The notes below the pieces were generated by a model. The model saw nothing but the letters and a program-made list of their open reading frames with translations. It was not told the DNA's origin and searched no databases. A DNA stretch of 64,000 nt from positions 40,770 through 104,769 of the forward strand of contig QCBO01000002.1 in NCBI GenBank assembly GCA_003279105.1, written 5' to 3'. Below are positions 40,774-51,180 of the stretch, piece after piece; the first letter of the stretch is position 1; every line of letters starts with the position of its first letter. The position numbers and the translations under genes are program-made. This DNA comes from Prochlorococcus sp. AG-347-I19. Lineage in GTDB: Bacteria > Cyanobacteriota > Cyanobacteriia > PCC-6307 > Cyanobiaceae.

Positions 40774-42627
40774 CTAGATATAATTCGCTACTTTAACTTC
40801 TGATCGATTGAGCAAGTCTTGAATATCTTCAGTATCTATAGTTTCTCTTTCAATGAGCATTTGAGCCATTTCGTCGAGGACAGTTCTATTATCTGTTAAA
40901 ACTTTTGTAGCTCTCTTGTAGGCAACATCAACAAGTTCAGAAACCTCGACATCAATTGTTGCAGCTGTATCTTCAGAGAAGTCTCTAGTAGAGCTCATAT
41001 CTCTTCCAAGAAACATTCCACCTTGAGATTGACCTAAAGCGACTGGACCTATTTTGTCACTCATGCCAAATTTAGTGATCATTTGTCTAGCTACATTAGC
41101 AACTTGCTGTAAGTCGTTTGAAGCTCCAGTTGTAACCTCTTCTTCTCCATAAACTATTTCTTCGGCAACTCTTCCACCAAGAGCTACAGCCATTTGATTT
41201 TGAAGGTAAGAACGAGAGTAAAGACCTGATTCCATCCTTTCTTCGCTTGGAGTAAAGAAGGTTAGCCCTCCAGCTTGACCTCTTGGAATGATTGAGACTT
41301 TTGCTACTGGATCATAATCAGGCATTAATGCTCCAACGAGTGCATGACCAGCTTCGTGATAAGCAACTAATTCTTTTTTCTTATCACTGATGACTCTATC
41401 TTTCTTTTCTGGACCAGCCATAACTCTTTCAATGGCATCACCGACTTCATCGTTACTTACTTTATCTAAATCTTTTCTAGCTGCTAATATTGCTGCTTCA
41501 TTTAAAAGATTAGCTAAATCTGCACCAGTAAATCCTGGTGTTCTTCTGGCAACTTTATCTAAATCCACATCCTTTGAAAGAGTTTTATCTTTCGCATGAA
41601 CATTTAATATCTGCAATCTTCCAGCATAATCTGGTCGGTCAACTGTTACCTGTCTATCGAATCTTCCAGGACGCATTAAAGCTGAATCTAAGACATCTGG
41701 TCTGTTGGTTGCAGCAACTATTATTATTCCTGAATTACCTTCAAAACCATCCATTTCGGTTAAGAGTTGATTTAACGTTTGTTCTCTTTCATCATTTCCT
41801 CCGCCCATACCAGCTCCTCTTTGTCTTCCAACTGCATCTATTTCGTCAATAAAAACAATACAAGGAGCATTCTTTTTAGCTTGCTCAAAAAGGTCTCTAA
41901 CTCTACTAGCTCCAACCCCAACAAACATCTCTACAAATTCTGAACCAGATATTGAGAAAAAAGGTACACCTGCTTCTCCAGCTACTGCTTTAGCTAACAA
42001 TGTTTTTCCAGTACCAGGAGGACCAACAAGAAGAACTCCTTTTGGAATTTTTGCTCCGACTGCAGTAAATCTATCTGGACTTTTAAGAAAATCTACAACT
42101 TCTGTGAGTTCTAATTTTGCACCTTCTACACCAGCAACATCTGAAAAGGTTACTTGTGTAGATGGTTCCATTTGTAGTCTAGCTTTGCTCTTGCCAAAAC
42201 TCATGGCAGGGTTACCACCTCCAGCGTTACCACTTTGGGATCTTCTGAACAGAAAAAATAAGCCTCCAATTAAAAGTACTGGGAAGATTAAGCTACTTAC
42301 AGCCTGTTGCCATGGATTGGCTAATTTTGTGGGAGTTACAGCGATATCTACATTATTCTCAGTCAGAATTTTTAATAAATCTTTGTCAGGGGCTAAATTG
42401 ACCTCAGACCTGCTCCCATCATTTTCAACAACTTGAGCTGTGGCATTATCTGGAGATATTAAGACTCTACTGATTTCTTTATCTTGAACTGCCTCTATAA
42501 AATCACTGTATCTCAAAGTCTTTGTAGAACTTTCAGTACTAGGTTTATCAAAAACTGAAGTACCAATGAAAATTACAGTAATGACGGCTAGGACATAAAG
42601 TCCTACGTTTCTCCAGCGTTTGTTCAC
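40774..42627 (-). CDS. ftsH: ATP-dependent zinc metalloprotease FtsH
   Basis: [21 protein letters not shown] region, HEAGH zinc motif. Confidence 0.98.
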   Translation of the reverse strand: MNKRWRNVGLYVLAVITVIFIGTSVFDKPSTESSTKTLRYSDFIEAVQDKEISRVLISPDNATAQVVENDGSRSEVNLAPDKDLLKILTENNVDIAVTPTKLANPWQQAVSSLIFPVLLIGGLFFLFRRSQSGNAGGGNPAMSFGKSKARLQMEPSTQVTFSDVAGVEGAKLELTEVVDFLKSPDRFTAVGAKIPKGVLLVGPPGTGKTLLAKAVAGEAGVPFFSISGSEFVEMFVGVGASRVRDLFEQAKKNAPCIVFIDEIDAVGRQRGAGMGGGNDEREQTLNQLLTEMDGFEGNSGIIIVAATNRPDVLDSALMRPGRFDRQVTVDRPDYAGRLQILNVHAKDKTLSKDVDLDKVARRTPGFTGADLANLLNEAAILAARKDLDKVSNDEVGDAIERVMAGPEKKDRVISDKKKELVAYHEAGHALVGALMPDYDPVAKVSIIPRGQAGGLTFFTPSEERMESGLYSRSYLQNQMAVALGGRVAEEIVYGEEEVTTGASNDLQQVANVARQMITKFGMSDKIGPVALGQSQGGMFLGRDMSSTRDFSEDTAATIDVEVSELVDVAYKRATKVLTDNRTVLDEMAQMLIERETIDTEDIQDLLNRSEVKVANYI

Positions 42628-42673
42628 GATAAAAAATCTTTAATAAATCTATAATACTAATAATAAAACAATA

Positions 42674-43849
42674 TTAAGAGCGTCTTAGAACATCTACTAC
42701 ACTTTTAAATGCAAACCATTCAGGAATTGGTTCGCCATTCCTCAATTTCTTTCTAAATTCAGTACCACTAAGTTTCATAATTTCATAATTAAATTTTTTG
42801 GCTTCTTCAGCTGTCATATATCCTTTTTCCCTCGTATAAACTAAATTTTTTGAAGGAACAGTTTGCATCATCAATTCATCTGCACACTTATTCGCAAAAT
42901 TTTGGGCATCATATGGACCATAAAAATCTTCACCAGTTGATGACGACTTACAACCAGCCATATCTCTACCAATAATAAAGTGGGTGCAGCCATAATTTCT
43001 TCTTATTATCATATGTTGAAGAGCTTCTCTTGGCCCTGCCATATGCATTGAATAAGGTAAAAAAGCCCATTTTATTCTTTCATCAGATATTTCCTCTTCT
43101 AATTCTTTGTATGTCAAATATCTAACTTTTCCAGGAATATCATCTTGTTGAGTTGGTCCACAAGTTGGATGAACTAAAACAACTGAGTTAGAGGAGACAT
43201 TATCTGAAAGTAAGGCATTAGTAAATAATTCATAATGTGCTCTATGAATTGGATTTCTGCATTGAAATGCAACTATATCATGATTTGATGGCAGTGTAGA
43301 TCTAACTTCTTCAGGGGTTTTGCAGGGGAATTCTCTAATTGGTAGTTCGAAACCATAAACTTTTCCACCTATATAAAATCTTCCTCTCTCGTTAAAAATC
43401 ATCTTAACAGCAGGATGATCTAAAGAATTAGTACCATAACAAAGTTCAGCTTCTAAGGATTTGTCAGCCTCCCATTTAGAGCTAACTTCTAAAACTGCTA
43501 TTTTTTGTTTTTTATAAGTAAGTAATATTGTCTCTCCAGTTTTTACTTTTTCATTATTTGAGTCAAATACAATAGGCAAGCCAAAAAGCAACCCGCATGT
43601 ATTTCTATTATTTTTAATGACCGAATTGTAGTTATTTTCATCCATAAAACCTTCCAATGGCGAAAAAGCTCCAACCATCAAAAGTTCTACATCGCATGCA
43701 TTTCTCTCGCTACATTCAAACTCATAAGTAGCTTTAGAAATAAGTTCATTTTTAAGGTTTTTATCTTTGATAATTAAATTTTTTAGTTCCCCTCCATAAG
43801 GGGGTATTAGTCCATTAGTATCTGTTTTAGTTTTTTGTTGTAATTTCAT
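42674..43849 (-). CDS. sat: Sulfate adenylyltransferase (ATP sulfurylase)
   Basis: FSPLEGFM, AFQCRNPIHRAH, MAGPREALQH, FIIGRDMAG, LSGTEFR. Confidence 0.96.
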   Translation of the reverse strand: MKLQQKTKTDTNGLIPPYGGELKNLIIKDKNLKNELISKATYEFECSERNACDVELLMVGAFSPLEGFMDENNYNSVIKNNRNTCGLLFGLPIVFDSNNEKVKTGETILLTYKKQKIAVLEVSSKWEADKSLEAELCYGTNSLDHPAVKMIFNERGRFYIGGKVYGFELPIREFPCKTPEEVRSTLPSNHDIVAFQCRNPIHRAHYELFTNALLSDNVSSNSVVLVHPTCGPTQQDDIPGKVRYLTYKELEEEISDERIKWAFLPYSMHMAGPREALQHMIIRRNYGCTHFIIGRDMAGCKSSSTGEDFYGPYDAQNFANKCADELMMQTVPSKNLVYTREKGYMTAEEAKKFNYEIMKLSGTEFRKKLRNGEPIPEWFAFKSVVDVLRRS

Positions 43850-43874
43850 TTTTAAAATTGATAAAGAAAAATTT

Positions 43875-43906
43875 AAAAAAAAAAAAAGGGGTTTAACCCC
43901 CTTTTT
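43875..43906 (-). terminator. psbO intrinsic terminator
   Basis: Minus strand GGGGT-taa-ACCCC followed by 13 T. Confidence 0.75.
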
Positions 43907-43920
43907 CTCTTGAGTGGGAT

Positions 43921-44715
43921 TTATGCCTTTCTTCCATAAAGCTCCCCAATTATTTTTACATCAAGTGGATCCTTTGAACCCATATCTGTATCTGAAGGTT
44001 GGATTGCTTCAAAAGTACCAGCAAATTCGTCTGTGTCAGAATCTACATTGCTGATTGAAAGAGTAATAACGCCAGTACCGTTTACATCAACTTTAATATT
44101 TTCTTTTGCAAGTTCTTCGTCATCACCTCCTAATGCAACTAAACCTTGAGCATATTCAACACCAGTATTTTTAGCTCTTGCCTTAGGATCTAGAAAGTCA
44201 CCAGTTCTGTAGTTAGGTGTAAATGTTGAACCACTAACCTCAGTGCCTGGCTCAATTGATGAAGGTAAATCAGCTGTAAGATCTTTTGCTGAGAATGCAA
44301 ATGGCACCTCTAAACCACCAGGAGTTAATACAGTAATAAGTTGAAAATCAATACCACCTTTTTCAGTGAAAGTTCCTGAATCTATATCTCCATAAACCTC
44401 TGTCACTGTGGTGTTATTTCTAGGACTAATAATTTTTGTAGAAACAAATTCTGCAGCTTTTCGTTTTGTCCCTGGCACTTTTACATAAACTTCTGTTGGA
44501 TGCATGCATATTCCTTTAAGGCTATCTCCATTCCCTAAAGATATTGATCCGACAAGAGATGAGTCTAATGTAGGGCAATCATTAGCTTTTCCGGTGTTAA
44601 CAACATCTGTGAATTGTGCATTTCCTCTTTCAGAAAAAGCAAATGTTTTAACAGGTACGAAAGCAAAAGTTATACAAATGGAAATAACAAAAGCTAAGAA
44701 AGAACGAATTCTCAT
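43921..44715 (-). CDS. psbO: Photosystem II manganese-stabilising protein
   Basis: Signal peptide, VVNTGKANDCP, GGIDFQ, VPFAFS, YRTGDFLDPKAR. ATG at 44715 preferred over 44760. Confidence 0.96.
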   Translation of the reverse strand: MRIRSFLAFVISICITFAFVPVKTFAFSERGNAQFTDVVNTGKANDCPTLDSSLVGSISLGNGDSLKGICMHPTEVYVKVPGTKRKAAEFVSTKIISPRNNTTVTEVYGDIDSGTFTEKGGIDFQLITVLTPGGLEVPFAFSAKDLTADLPSSIEPGTEVSGSTFTPNYRTGDFLDPKARAKNTGVEYAQGLVALGGDDEELAKENIKVDVNGTGVITLSISNVDSDTDEFAGTFEAIQPSDTDMGSKDPLDVKIIGELYGRKA

Positions 44716-44932
44716 AATTAAAGTTGCAGTAAAGTTCTGTGAAGATAGATTAAAGGTCATCTAATAAGTTCAGTACGGATATTACAAGGGAAAGGACCAT
44801 AAAAGATAGGACTATTAAATCCTCGAAACAACCCGTAGCTTTTTAGATTTTAAAAAACTGGAATTATTTTAAGCTATCACATTATTTTTAATGATTAAGA
44901 TTACAAAAAAATACAAATTAAAAAATTTTTTT

Positions 44933-46189
44933 TTATTTTTTTAATGAAATAATTTGGGTTATTAATTTATTTGCTAAATCAATTTTTGATGTTTTGTTAA
45001 TATAGTGTTCCGTATTATTAGTATCGAATAACCAACCTTCATTTTGTGCCAAAAAGCCAAATCCTTGGCCTTCAAGATCAATTGGATTTGCGAATAGATA
45101 ATCACAACCCTTTTGTATAATCTTTTCTTTAATTGTCATTCGTGCTTCTTCTATAGATCCTGTAAAAGCACAAAAGCCTACAAAAACTTGGTTATCTTTT
45201 TTTGATTTACTAATTGTTTTTAAAATATCTGGGACTATCTCAAAGTTTTTATTCAAATGAGCATTAATTTGATTTTTTGGAATTTTAGCTGAAGTATCAG
45301 AGGTTATTTTGAAATCAGATACTGCTGCATTCATGAAAAAATAATCGCAATTTGCTATTTCATTATTAAGTGCCCTAATTAAATCAATACTAGTTTCAAT
45401 TTCATATCTTTTTATTCCATCAGTAAGATTCTTATCGATTTTCAGAGGACCATGAACATATTTTACTTGTGCACCCCTGAACCTCGCTACTTGAGAAAGA
45501 AGTAGGCCCATAGCTCCAGAACTTTTGTTAGTAATATGTCTTGCCGCGTCAATTTTCTCTGAGGTACAACCTCCAGTTATTAAAATTTCTTTATTAAGTA
45601 AATCTTTGCGATATTTATTTTGTTTATGTGAAGCTATAAATTCAAGAGCTAATTGGATTAGATCATTAGGAGGTATCTTACCGATGCCAATAGCATCACA
45701 TGCTAAGAGGCCTTCACTTGGTTGTAAAGACAAAACATTTTCGTAATTCTGTAAATTCTCATAATTTTTTTGGACAGCTTTATTTAGCCACATTTGTGTA
45801 TTCATTGCTGGTGCAACAATAATGGGCTTTATATTTGCTATTAAGATGCTTGGGATCAATCCCTCTGCATTTCCAGTTACCCATTTTGCTAATGTTGTCG
45901 CTGTTAAAGGGGCGATGATTAAAATATCAGCCCAATTACTTAGTTCTATGTGAAGAGGTGTTGATTGACCATCAGACCATTGATCATTTTCTAAAATGCA
46001 AGGGTTTCTACTTAAAATAGACAGAGATAGCGGTTTTATTAATTTTTCTGCATTTTTTGATAAAACGCATCTTATTTCATAATTTTCTTTCGCTAATTGG
46101 CTAACTAATAATGGAATTCTTACAGCTGCAATACTTCCAGTTATTAATAAAAGAACCTTTATTTTTGAGTGCTTACTTTTAATTTTCAT
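44933..46189 (-). CDS. coaBC: Phosphopantothenoylcysteine decarboxylase/ligase
   Basis: TGSIAA, APLTATT, PAMNTQM, EKIDAARHITNKSSG.MG, AAVSDF. Confidence 0.94.
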   Translation of the reverse strand: MKIKSKHSKIKVLLLITGSIAAVRIPLLVSQLAKENYEIRCVLSKNAEKLIKPLSLSILSRNPCILENDQWSDGQSTPLHIELSNWADILIIAPLTATTLAKWVTGNAEGLIPSILIANIKPIIVAPAMNTQMWLNKAVQKNYENLQNYENVLSLQPSEGLLACDAIGIGKIPPNDLIQLALEFIASHKQNKYRKDLLNKEILITGGCTSEKIDAARHITNKSSGAMGLLLSQVARFRGAQVKYVHGPLKIDKNLTDGIKRYEIETSIDLIRALNNEIANCDYFFMNAAVSDFKITSDTSAKIPKNQINAHLNKNFEIVPDILKTISKSKKDNQVFVGFCAFTGSIEEARMTIKEKIIQKGCDYLFANPIDLEGQGFGFLAQNEGWLFDTNNTEHYINKTSKIDLANKLITQIISLKK

Positions 46190-46400
46190 CGAAAGGTTCC
46201 TGATCGAGGAGATGGGTATAATTAGTCGTTAATTCAGGCCTATTGATTGCAAGAGCCCTCAGTAAGTGCCAGTCTTTTAAACCATCAAATGGAGTATTAT
46301 AATTATCTTCCTCTAGCCTTTTAGCGAGCTCAAAGGTCATTTCTTCATCAAAAGAATTTACTAGTTCCTCACTTATTTTATTTTCAGAAATGAATTTCAT
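46179..46400 (-). CDS. DUF2555-family small protein
   Basis: LAKRLEEDNY..PFDGLKDWHLLRALA motif; overlaps the coaBC start. ATG at 46400 preferred. Confidence 0.75.
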   Translation of the reverse strand: MKFISENKISEELVNSFDEEMTFELAKRLEEDNYNTPFDGLKDWHLLRALAINRPELTTNYTHLLDQEPFDEN

Positions 46401-46619
46401 ATTGAGTAAAGTCAATATACTCTAATAATAAAGCCTCAAGTAATTATTTAAAATTGATATAAGAATTAAGTACATATTTTCAAGGATATGATAATTTTCA
46501 ATTTTCATAATCTTTTCAAATTGTTGTTAGGACATTTATTTATCTTCATTTTCAGTCATAAATATGCAAACTCTCCTTTTCAAAAATATTCTTTCTTAAG
46601 ATATTCAAAAATTTATATC

Positions 46620-46820
46620 ATGTCGCAAACCAAAAGAGATCAAATCATTAGTCACATACGATATTTAAGGCAAGAGCTCAGAGAAATGCATTTAGGAATA
46701 AAAGAAGATAACCTTTTCCCTGAGCCAGGCGAATTAAGAGGCTTAATGGCTCAGTTGGAAGCATTACTTGAATTAATAGAAGGAAATACTAAAATTCAAT
46801 CAAACCCAGAAGCAGCTTAG
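46620..46820 (+). CDS. Conserved hypothetical protein (66 aa, helical)
   Basis: MSQTKRDQIISHIRYLRQELREMHLG...GELRGLMAQLEALLEL. ATG at 46620; the track's upstream extension is low-complexity AT sequence. Confidence 0.7.
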   Translation: MSQTKRDQIISHIRYLRQELREMHLGIKEDNLFPEPGELRGLMAQLEALLELIEGNTKIQSNPEAA

Positions 46821-46831
46821 TTTAATGCAAA

Positions 46832-47173
46832 ATGGTTGTTAAACCTCAAAAGACAAAATTTCAGCTAAAAATTGTGGAAAATATTCAGACAATAAGTATT
46901 TGGGCTAATAATCCATGGCGAAGATATTCAATATCATTGATTACAATTTTAATCGGATACTTTTTTGGTAGTTCCCTTGGTATGGTAAGTGCCGTTGTGG
47001 AACTCATGGATCCTGTAGCCGCTTTTATATCAGTAGTTTTTATTGAGTTTTTAATAGTTTTGAGAAGAAATTTTAGATTTGAAAGGAAAAAGAAATTTTT
47101 AGTACTTTTATTAGATTCTTTAAGGTTAGGATTATTTTATGGTTTCTTTACAGAAAGTCTTAAGTTGCTATAA
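46832..47173 (+). CDS. DUF565/Ycf20-like membrane protein
   Basis: NPWRR.S...L.G.FFG, RLGLFYGFFTESLKL motifs. Confidence 0.75.
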   Translation: MVVKPQKTKFQLKIVENIQTISIWANNPWRRYSISLITILIGYFFGSSLGMVSAVVELMDPVAAFISVVFIEFLIVLRRNFRFERKKKFLVLLLDSLRLGLFYGFFTESLKLL

Positions 47174-47175
47174 AT

Positions 47176-48192
47176 TTAGTTGTTGTGTTTTTGTAATAGA
47201 TAAAGCAAAGCCATTCTGATTGGGATGCCATTTGCAACTTGATTATTAATTAAACAATTAGGATATTGATCTACCACTTTGCTGCTAATTTCAATATCTC
47301 TGTTGATGGGACCGGGATGTAGAATTGGAATTTCTTTTTTACTTAAAGATAATTTCTCTGGGGTTAAGCCATAATCCAAACTATATGAATCAATGCTACT
47401 TAGTAAATTTTCCATCATTCTCTCTTTCTGGAGTCTTAAAACAATAATCGCATCCGCAATTTTTATTGATTCTTCCAATGATCTAGAAATTGTTATGGAA
47501 CCTCTGGATTTAACTGGATCTTCTGTTTGATTTGGCCCGGGGGTTTTTAAAAAATTGATAAATTCATCAGGTATTAATGTCTTAGGACCACATAAGATTA
47601 TATCGGCGCCGAATGCACTCAAAGCCCAAAGATTTGATCTGGCAACCCTTGAATGATTAACGTCGCCAATTATTAAAATTTTTTTGGAATTTAAAACCTC
47701 TGGATTCAGTGTTTTTTGAGAAAAGAATTTTATCAATGTATATATGTCAAGCAATCCTTGGCTGGGGTGACTATGTAATCCATCTCCTGCATTAAGAACC
47801 GAAGTCTTGGCATGTATTGCATCAAGTTTTTTTGCGATCTCAAAGGTTATGTAACTTGATGAATGTCTGATAACTAATATATCTGCCCCCATAGCAGAAT
47901 AAGTTATGGCTGTATCAATTATTGTTTCGCCTTTTGTTAAAGAGCTGGAGGATGGCGCAAACGTTTGGACATCAGCAGAAAGTCTTTTTGCTGCAAGCTC
48001 AAAACTATTTTTTGTTCTTGTGCTAGCTTCAAAAAATAAAGACGTTATCAAAGTCCCTTGTAAGGCAGGTATCTTTTTTGTTCCTGCATTCTTTAGTGCA
48101 TCAAATCTATTAGCTAATTCAAATACTGACTCATAATCTTTAATTGAAAAATTAGCTAGTGTGTGGATATGTTTATGAGGCCAAATTTGCAT
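47176..48192 (-). CDS. pyrB: Aspartate carbamoyltransferase catalytic subunit
   Basis: [43 protein letters not shown]. Confidence 0.97.
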   Translation of the reverse strand: MQIWPHKHIHTLANFSIKDYESVFELANRFDALKNAGTKKIPALQGTLITSLFFEASTRTKNSFELAAKRLSADVQTFAPSSSSLTKGETIIDTAITYSAMGADILVIRHSSSYITFEIAKKLDAIHAKTSVLNAGDGLHSHPSQGLLDIYTLIKFFSQKTLNPEVLNSKKILIIGDVNHSRVARSNLWALSAFGADIILCGPKTLIPDEFINFLKTPGPNQTEDPVKSRGSITISRSLEESIKIADAIIVLRLQKERMMENLLSSIDSYSLDYGLTPEKLSLSKKEIPILHPGPINRDIEISSKVVDQYPNCLINNQVANGIPIRMALLYLLQKHNN

Positions 48193-48213
48193 TACGCTTA
48201 AAAAGATAAATGA

Positions 48214-48798
48214 TTATTGAAATTTAGGTGTTCTGTCACCCTTTAATCTTTTACTTACACTCCTACTATTTTTGAGATACCAACGCCATTTTATATTTTT
48301 TGCCTTTGATATGCCAATTCTTGTAGTTTGAATAAGATCTTTTTCTTCTAGAGTGGAGTTTCGTGGAGAAATCCATAAAGATTTGTTATTAAGAACTTCA
48401 AGTGAGTTAAATGAAATGTCTATACTGAATGTTTTTGTTACTAGCCCAGGTCCAGAAGCTAATCTTTCATTCTTATTAGAGATAAAAACTGATCTTATCA
48501 AAACACCACTCGCAAAATTTTCTTTATCAGTAACTATGTTTAAACAATGATGAATGCCATAAGATTTGTAAATATAAAATGTGCCAGGTTTGCCAAACAA
48601 TGATTTGTTTGATTCAGTCATTTTGCGGTAGCCATGACAGGCCTCTTCTTCCTGTGAATAAGCTTCAGTTTCAACAATCACCCCTTTCACTTGATCTATC
48701 TCATTATTTTTTTTTATGAGGTAACAGCCTATTAAATCAGGAGCAACAAGTTTAGAGTGCCGATAAAAAAAATTTTTTGGAAAGAATTCTTCTTCTAT
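48214..48798 (-). CDS. mpg: 3-methyladenine DNA glycosylase (MPG/AAG); start codon uncertain
   Basis: IVETEAY, GTFYIY..YG.HHCLNIVT, GPG, TTRIGIS, WRWY. The frame stays open 36 codons upstream of GTG 48690, to ATA 48798, and encodes FFYRHSKLVAPDLIGCYL. Confidence 0.85.
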   Translation of the reverse strand: MEEEFFPKNFFYRHSKLVAPDLIGCYLIKKNNEIDQVKGVIVETEAYSQEEEACHGYRKMTESNKSLFGKPGTFYIYKSYGIHHCLNIVTDKENFASGVLIRSVFISNKNERLASGPGLVTKTFSIDISFNSLEVLNNKSLWISPRNSTLEEKDLIQTTRIGISKAKNIKWRWYLKNSRSVSKRLKGDRTPKFQ

Positions 48799-48969
48799 TT
48801 TTCAATATCTATCTAATAACATATTTAGCTGAGAAAAATAATTAAGGCTATTAATTAGTATTGATTTTCAAAAAGATGTGATTATTTTTTTAAATTATTT
48901 GAAATTCAAAGGATATGTAAATAAGTTGTCCTTAATAAACTATTATTTAATAAGAAAGATATTAAATGT

Positions 48970-49263
48970 ATGACAAAAATAACTAAAGAGGAAGTAAAAA
49001 AAGTTGCTCACTTAGCGAGACTAGAACTTAACGAGAATGAAATTAATAATCATGCACAACAATTAGAAAAGATATTGGATTATATAAGACAACTTGAAAA
49101 AATTGATACAGATGATGTCCCCTGTACAACGAGAGCTATAGAAGTTGTAAATGTATTTAGAAAAGACGAAAAGAAAAATTCTGATTGCAATGAAGAACTT
49201 TTAGGATTGGGTCCATCGAGAGAAGAAAAATATTTTAAAGTACCAAAAATTATTAATGAATGA
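48970..49263 (+). CDS. gatC: Asp/Glu-tRNA amidotransferase subunit C
   Basis: ITKEEVKKVAHLARL, ILDYI.QL, YFKVPKI. Confidence 0.95.
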   Translation: MTKITKEEVKKVAHLARLELNENEINNHAQQLEKILDYIRQLEKIDTDDVPCTTRAIEVVNVFRKDEKKNSDCNEELLGLGPSREEKYFKVPKIINE

Positions 49264-49268
49264 GTAAG

Positions 49269-50300
49269 TTAGTTGCTTCCAATAAATGTTTGGTTGACTA
49301 GCTTTAATAAAATTTTTTTTATCCTAAAGCCTGGATATAAATTTATAATTTTTCTTATTTTCCCCCTCTTTTTGCTATGACTTCTTACACCTATTAATAA
49401 ATCATAAATAAAGTTAAAAATGTCTTCTTTACTTTCAAATATACCAACCCTTTGAGGGGAGCCTTTTTTATCCAATAAAGGTTTAGTTTTTTCATAAGCT
49501 ATTTTGTATTCAAACCATGGAATCGAAGGCCATAGATGATGAATGAGATGGTAATTTTGTCCCATTATTAATAAATTCATAAATTTGCTTGGATAAACTC
49601 GAGAATTTATCCATTTATTTCTTGATCGAAATGGTCTATGGGGTAAATAATCAAAAAATATTCCTAAAGTGACTCCCACCATTAATGCTGGGCCAAACCA
49701 TAAATTATAAATTAAATTCATAAAGTCAAATTTCAAACCTGCCAAGATAATTGTTAGGAATATGGATCTTTCAATTCCCCATTGAAGTAATTCATATTTT
49801 CGCCAGAGTTTTCTTTGAAAGAAAAACACCTCATGATAAAAAAATCGTGGAGCAATTAGCCAAATTGGACCAAAAGTACTTACAATATGATCTGGATCAT
49901 TTTTAGGGTGATTTACGTGAATATGGTGTTGTAAATGGACTCTCGTAAAAACTGGGAAGCTAAAACCTAATAGAATAGCTGAGCCATGGCCCATTGCTTG
50001 ATTTATCCAAGGAACTGGATGAGCAGCTTTATGACAGGCATCATGAATAACAGTGCCTTCAATATGCAAAGCTAAAAAAGCAGTGGCTACAAGTAAAGGT
50101 AAAGGCCAAACACCTCTATACCATTGCCATATGCTAAGAAACGCAAGAAAATAACCGCCAAAAAATAAACCTAATGTTGGATTCCAAAAACTTGGCGGAT
50201 CTACGTAATTTTTAATCTCTTTTTGCCAATTAAATGTTTTTGAAGAATTAGTATTTTTCGTTGTATTTTTACTGGTTAAGTTTGGAATCGTTTCTTTTAT
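49269..50300 (-). CDS. crtR: Beta-carotene hydroxylase (fatty-acid desaturase fold); start codon uncertain
   Basis: His boxes HDACH, HLQHH, YHLIHH. The frame is open 77 codons upstream of the track's TTG (50069) and encodes DPPSFWNPTLGLFFGGY and TM helices; in-frame TAA at 50304-50306. Confidence 0.88.
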   Translation of the reverse strand: MKETIPNLTSKNTTKNTNSSKTFNWQKEIKNYVDPPSFWNPTLGLFFGGYFLAFLSIWQWYRGVWPLPLLVATAFLALHIEGTVIHDACHKAAHPVPWINQAMGHGSAILLGFSFPVFTRVHLQHHIHVNHPKNDPDHIVSTFGPIWLIAPRFFYHEVFFFQRKLWRKYELLQWGIERSIFLTIILAGLKFDFMNLIYNLWFGPALMVGVTLGIFFDYLPHRPFRSRNKWINSRVYPSKFMNLLIMGQNYHLIHHLWPSIPWFEYKIAYEKTKPLLDKKGSPQRVGIFESKEDIFNFIYDLLIGVRSHSKKRGKIRKIINLYPGFRIKKILLKLVNQTFIGSN

Positions 50301-50457
50301 TCTTTAAATAATATAACTAATAATTTAAGATGTTTGCATGCTTAAACATAAAAAATTTCTTATAGGAGATTTTTAATTCAATTTATATGTGTCAAATTAA
50401 TCATCTTAAGAAAAAAAATTTTTAAAATAAACCTCTTTCAATTATTATTTTATTTGA

Positions 50458-50539
50458 GCGGTCGTGGCGGAATTGGTAGACGCGCGAGTTTTAGGTACTC
50501 GTATCTTCGGGTGTGGGAGTTCAAGTCTCCCCGACCGCA
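50458..50539 (+). tRNA. trnL: tRNA-Leu(TAG)
   Basis: GCGGTCG/CGACCGC acceptor stem, GGCGGAATTGGTAGAC D-arm, CGAGT-TTTAGGT-ACTCG anticodon arm, long variable arm, GTTCAAGTC T-loop; CCA not encoded. Confidence 0.97.
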
Positions 50540-50610
50540 CTTAAGGAAATTCTGATAGATAGTTTGTTTCTTGATATCAGCTCTTATAATTTAATTAAGC
50601 AGTTAATTAA

Positions 50611-51060
50611 ATGAATAGTTTGATATTTTATTTGGGAACTTTTTATATTTTGGTTGGGACCATTTTTCTAACTGTACCGATAATTTATCTTGAGCTCGGT
50701 AAACCAAAAGACTTAATAAAAGCTTTTTTAAATTTATTAATAGGTTTGATATTAATAATAAAACATAAAACACTAGATGAATCATCTTTTGTAATTTTCC
50801 TTTTTTTAACAGTACTTGTTGTTTTTTATCTAGTAGAGCTTTTTTTATCTAGATGGTACCAATTGACGGATAACGAAAAGAAAAAATTAATTACCTTTTT
50901 CGAGTTTAAAAATAACTTTTTGAAAATATTAGAATCCATAAATCTGGTAGTTTCTGATTTCACTAAACCTTCAAATTTTTTTAATTTTGGTAGCAATAAT
51001 AAAAATACAACCCAAAAAAAGTGGGTAAGAAATGATAAAAATGATAATATAAAAGTCTGA
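50611..51060 (+). CDS. Ycf66-family membrane protein
   Basis: Hydrophobic N-terminus, ELGKPKD, RWYQLT..EK, KKWVR. Confidence 0.7.
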   Translation: MNSLIFYLGTFYILVGTIFLTVPIIYLELGKPKDLIKAFLNLLIGLILIIKHKTLDESSFVIFLFLTVLVVFYLVELFLSRWYQLTDNEKKKLITFFEFKNNFLKILESINLVVSDFTKPSNFFNFGSNNKNTTQKKWVRNDKNDNIKV

Positions 51061-51180
51061 AATAAATAAATTGGTTATTTGAAACATCCCAAAAAAACTA
51101 CAGGTCAATTAAGAAAGAATATAATGAATTAGATTTATTTAAATAATTCTTTTGATCACCAATATTTCTTATATCGTCGT

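Noticed and set aside
50458-50620. tRNA-Leu as a possible integration site for an island or prophage
   Set aside because: No integrase, no duplicated tRNA 3' end, and core genes (crtR, ycf66-like, ileS) flank it directly.
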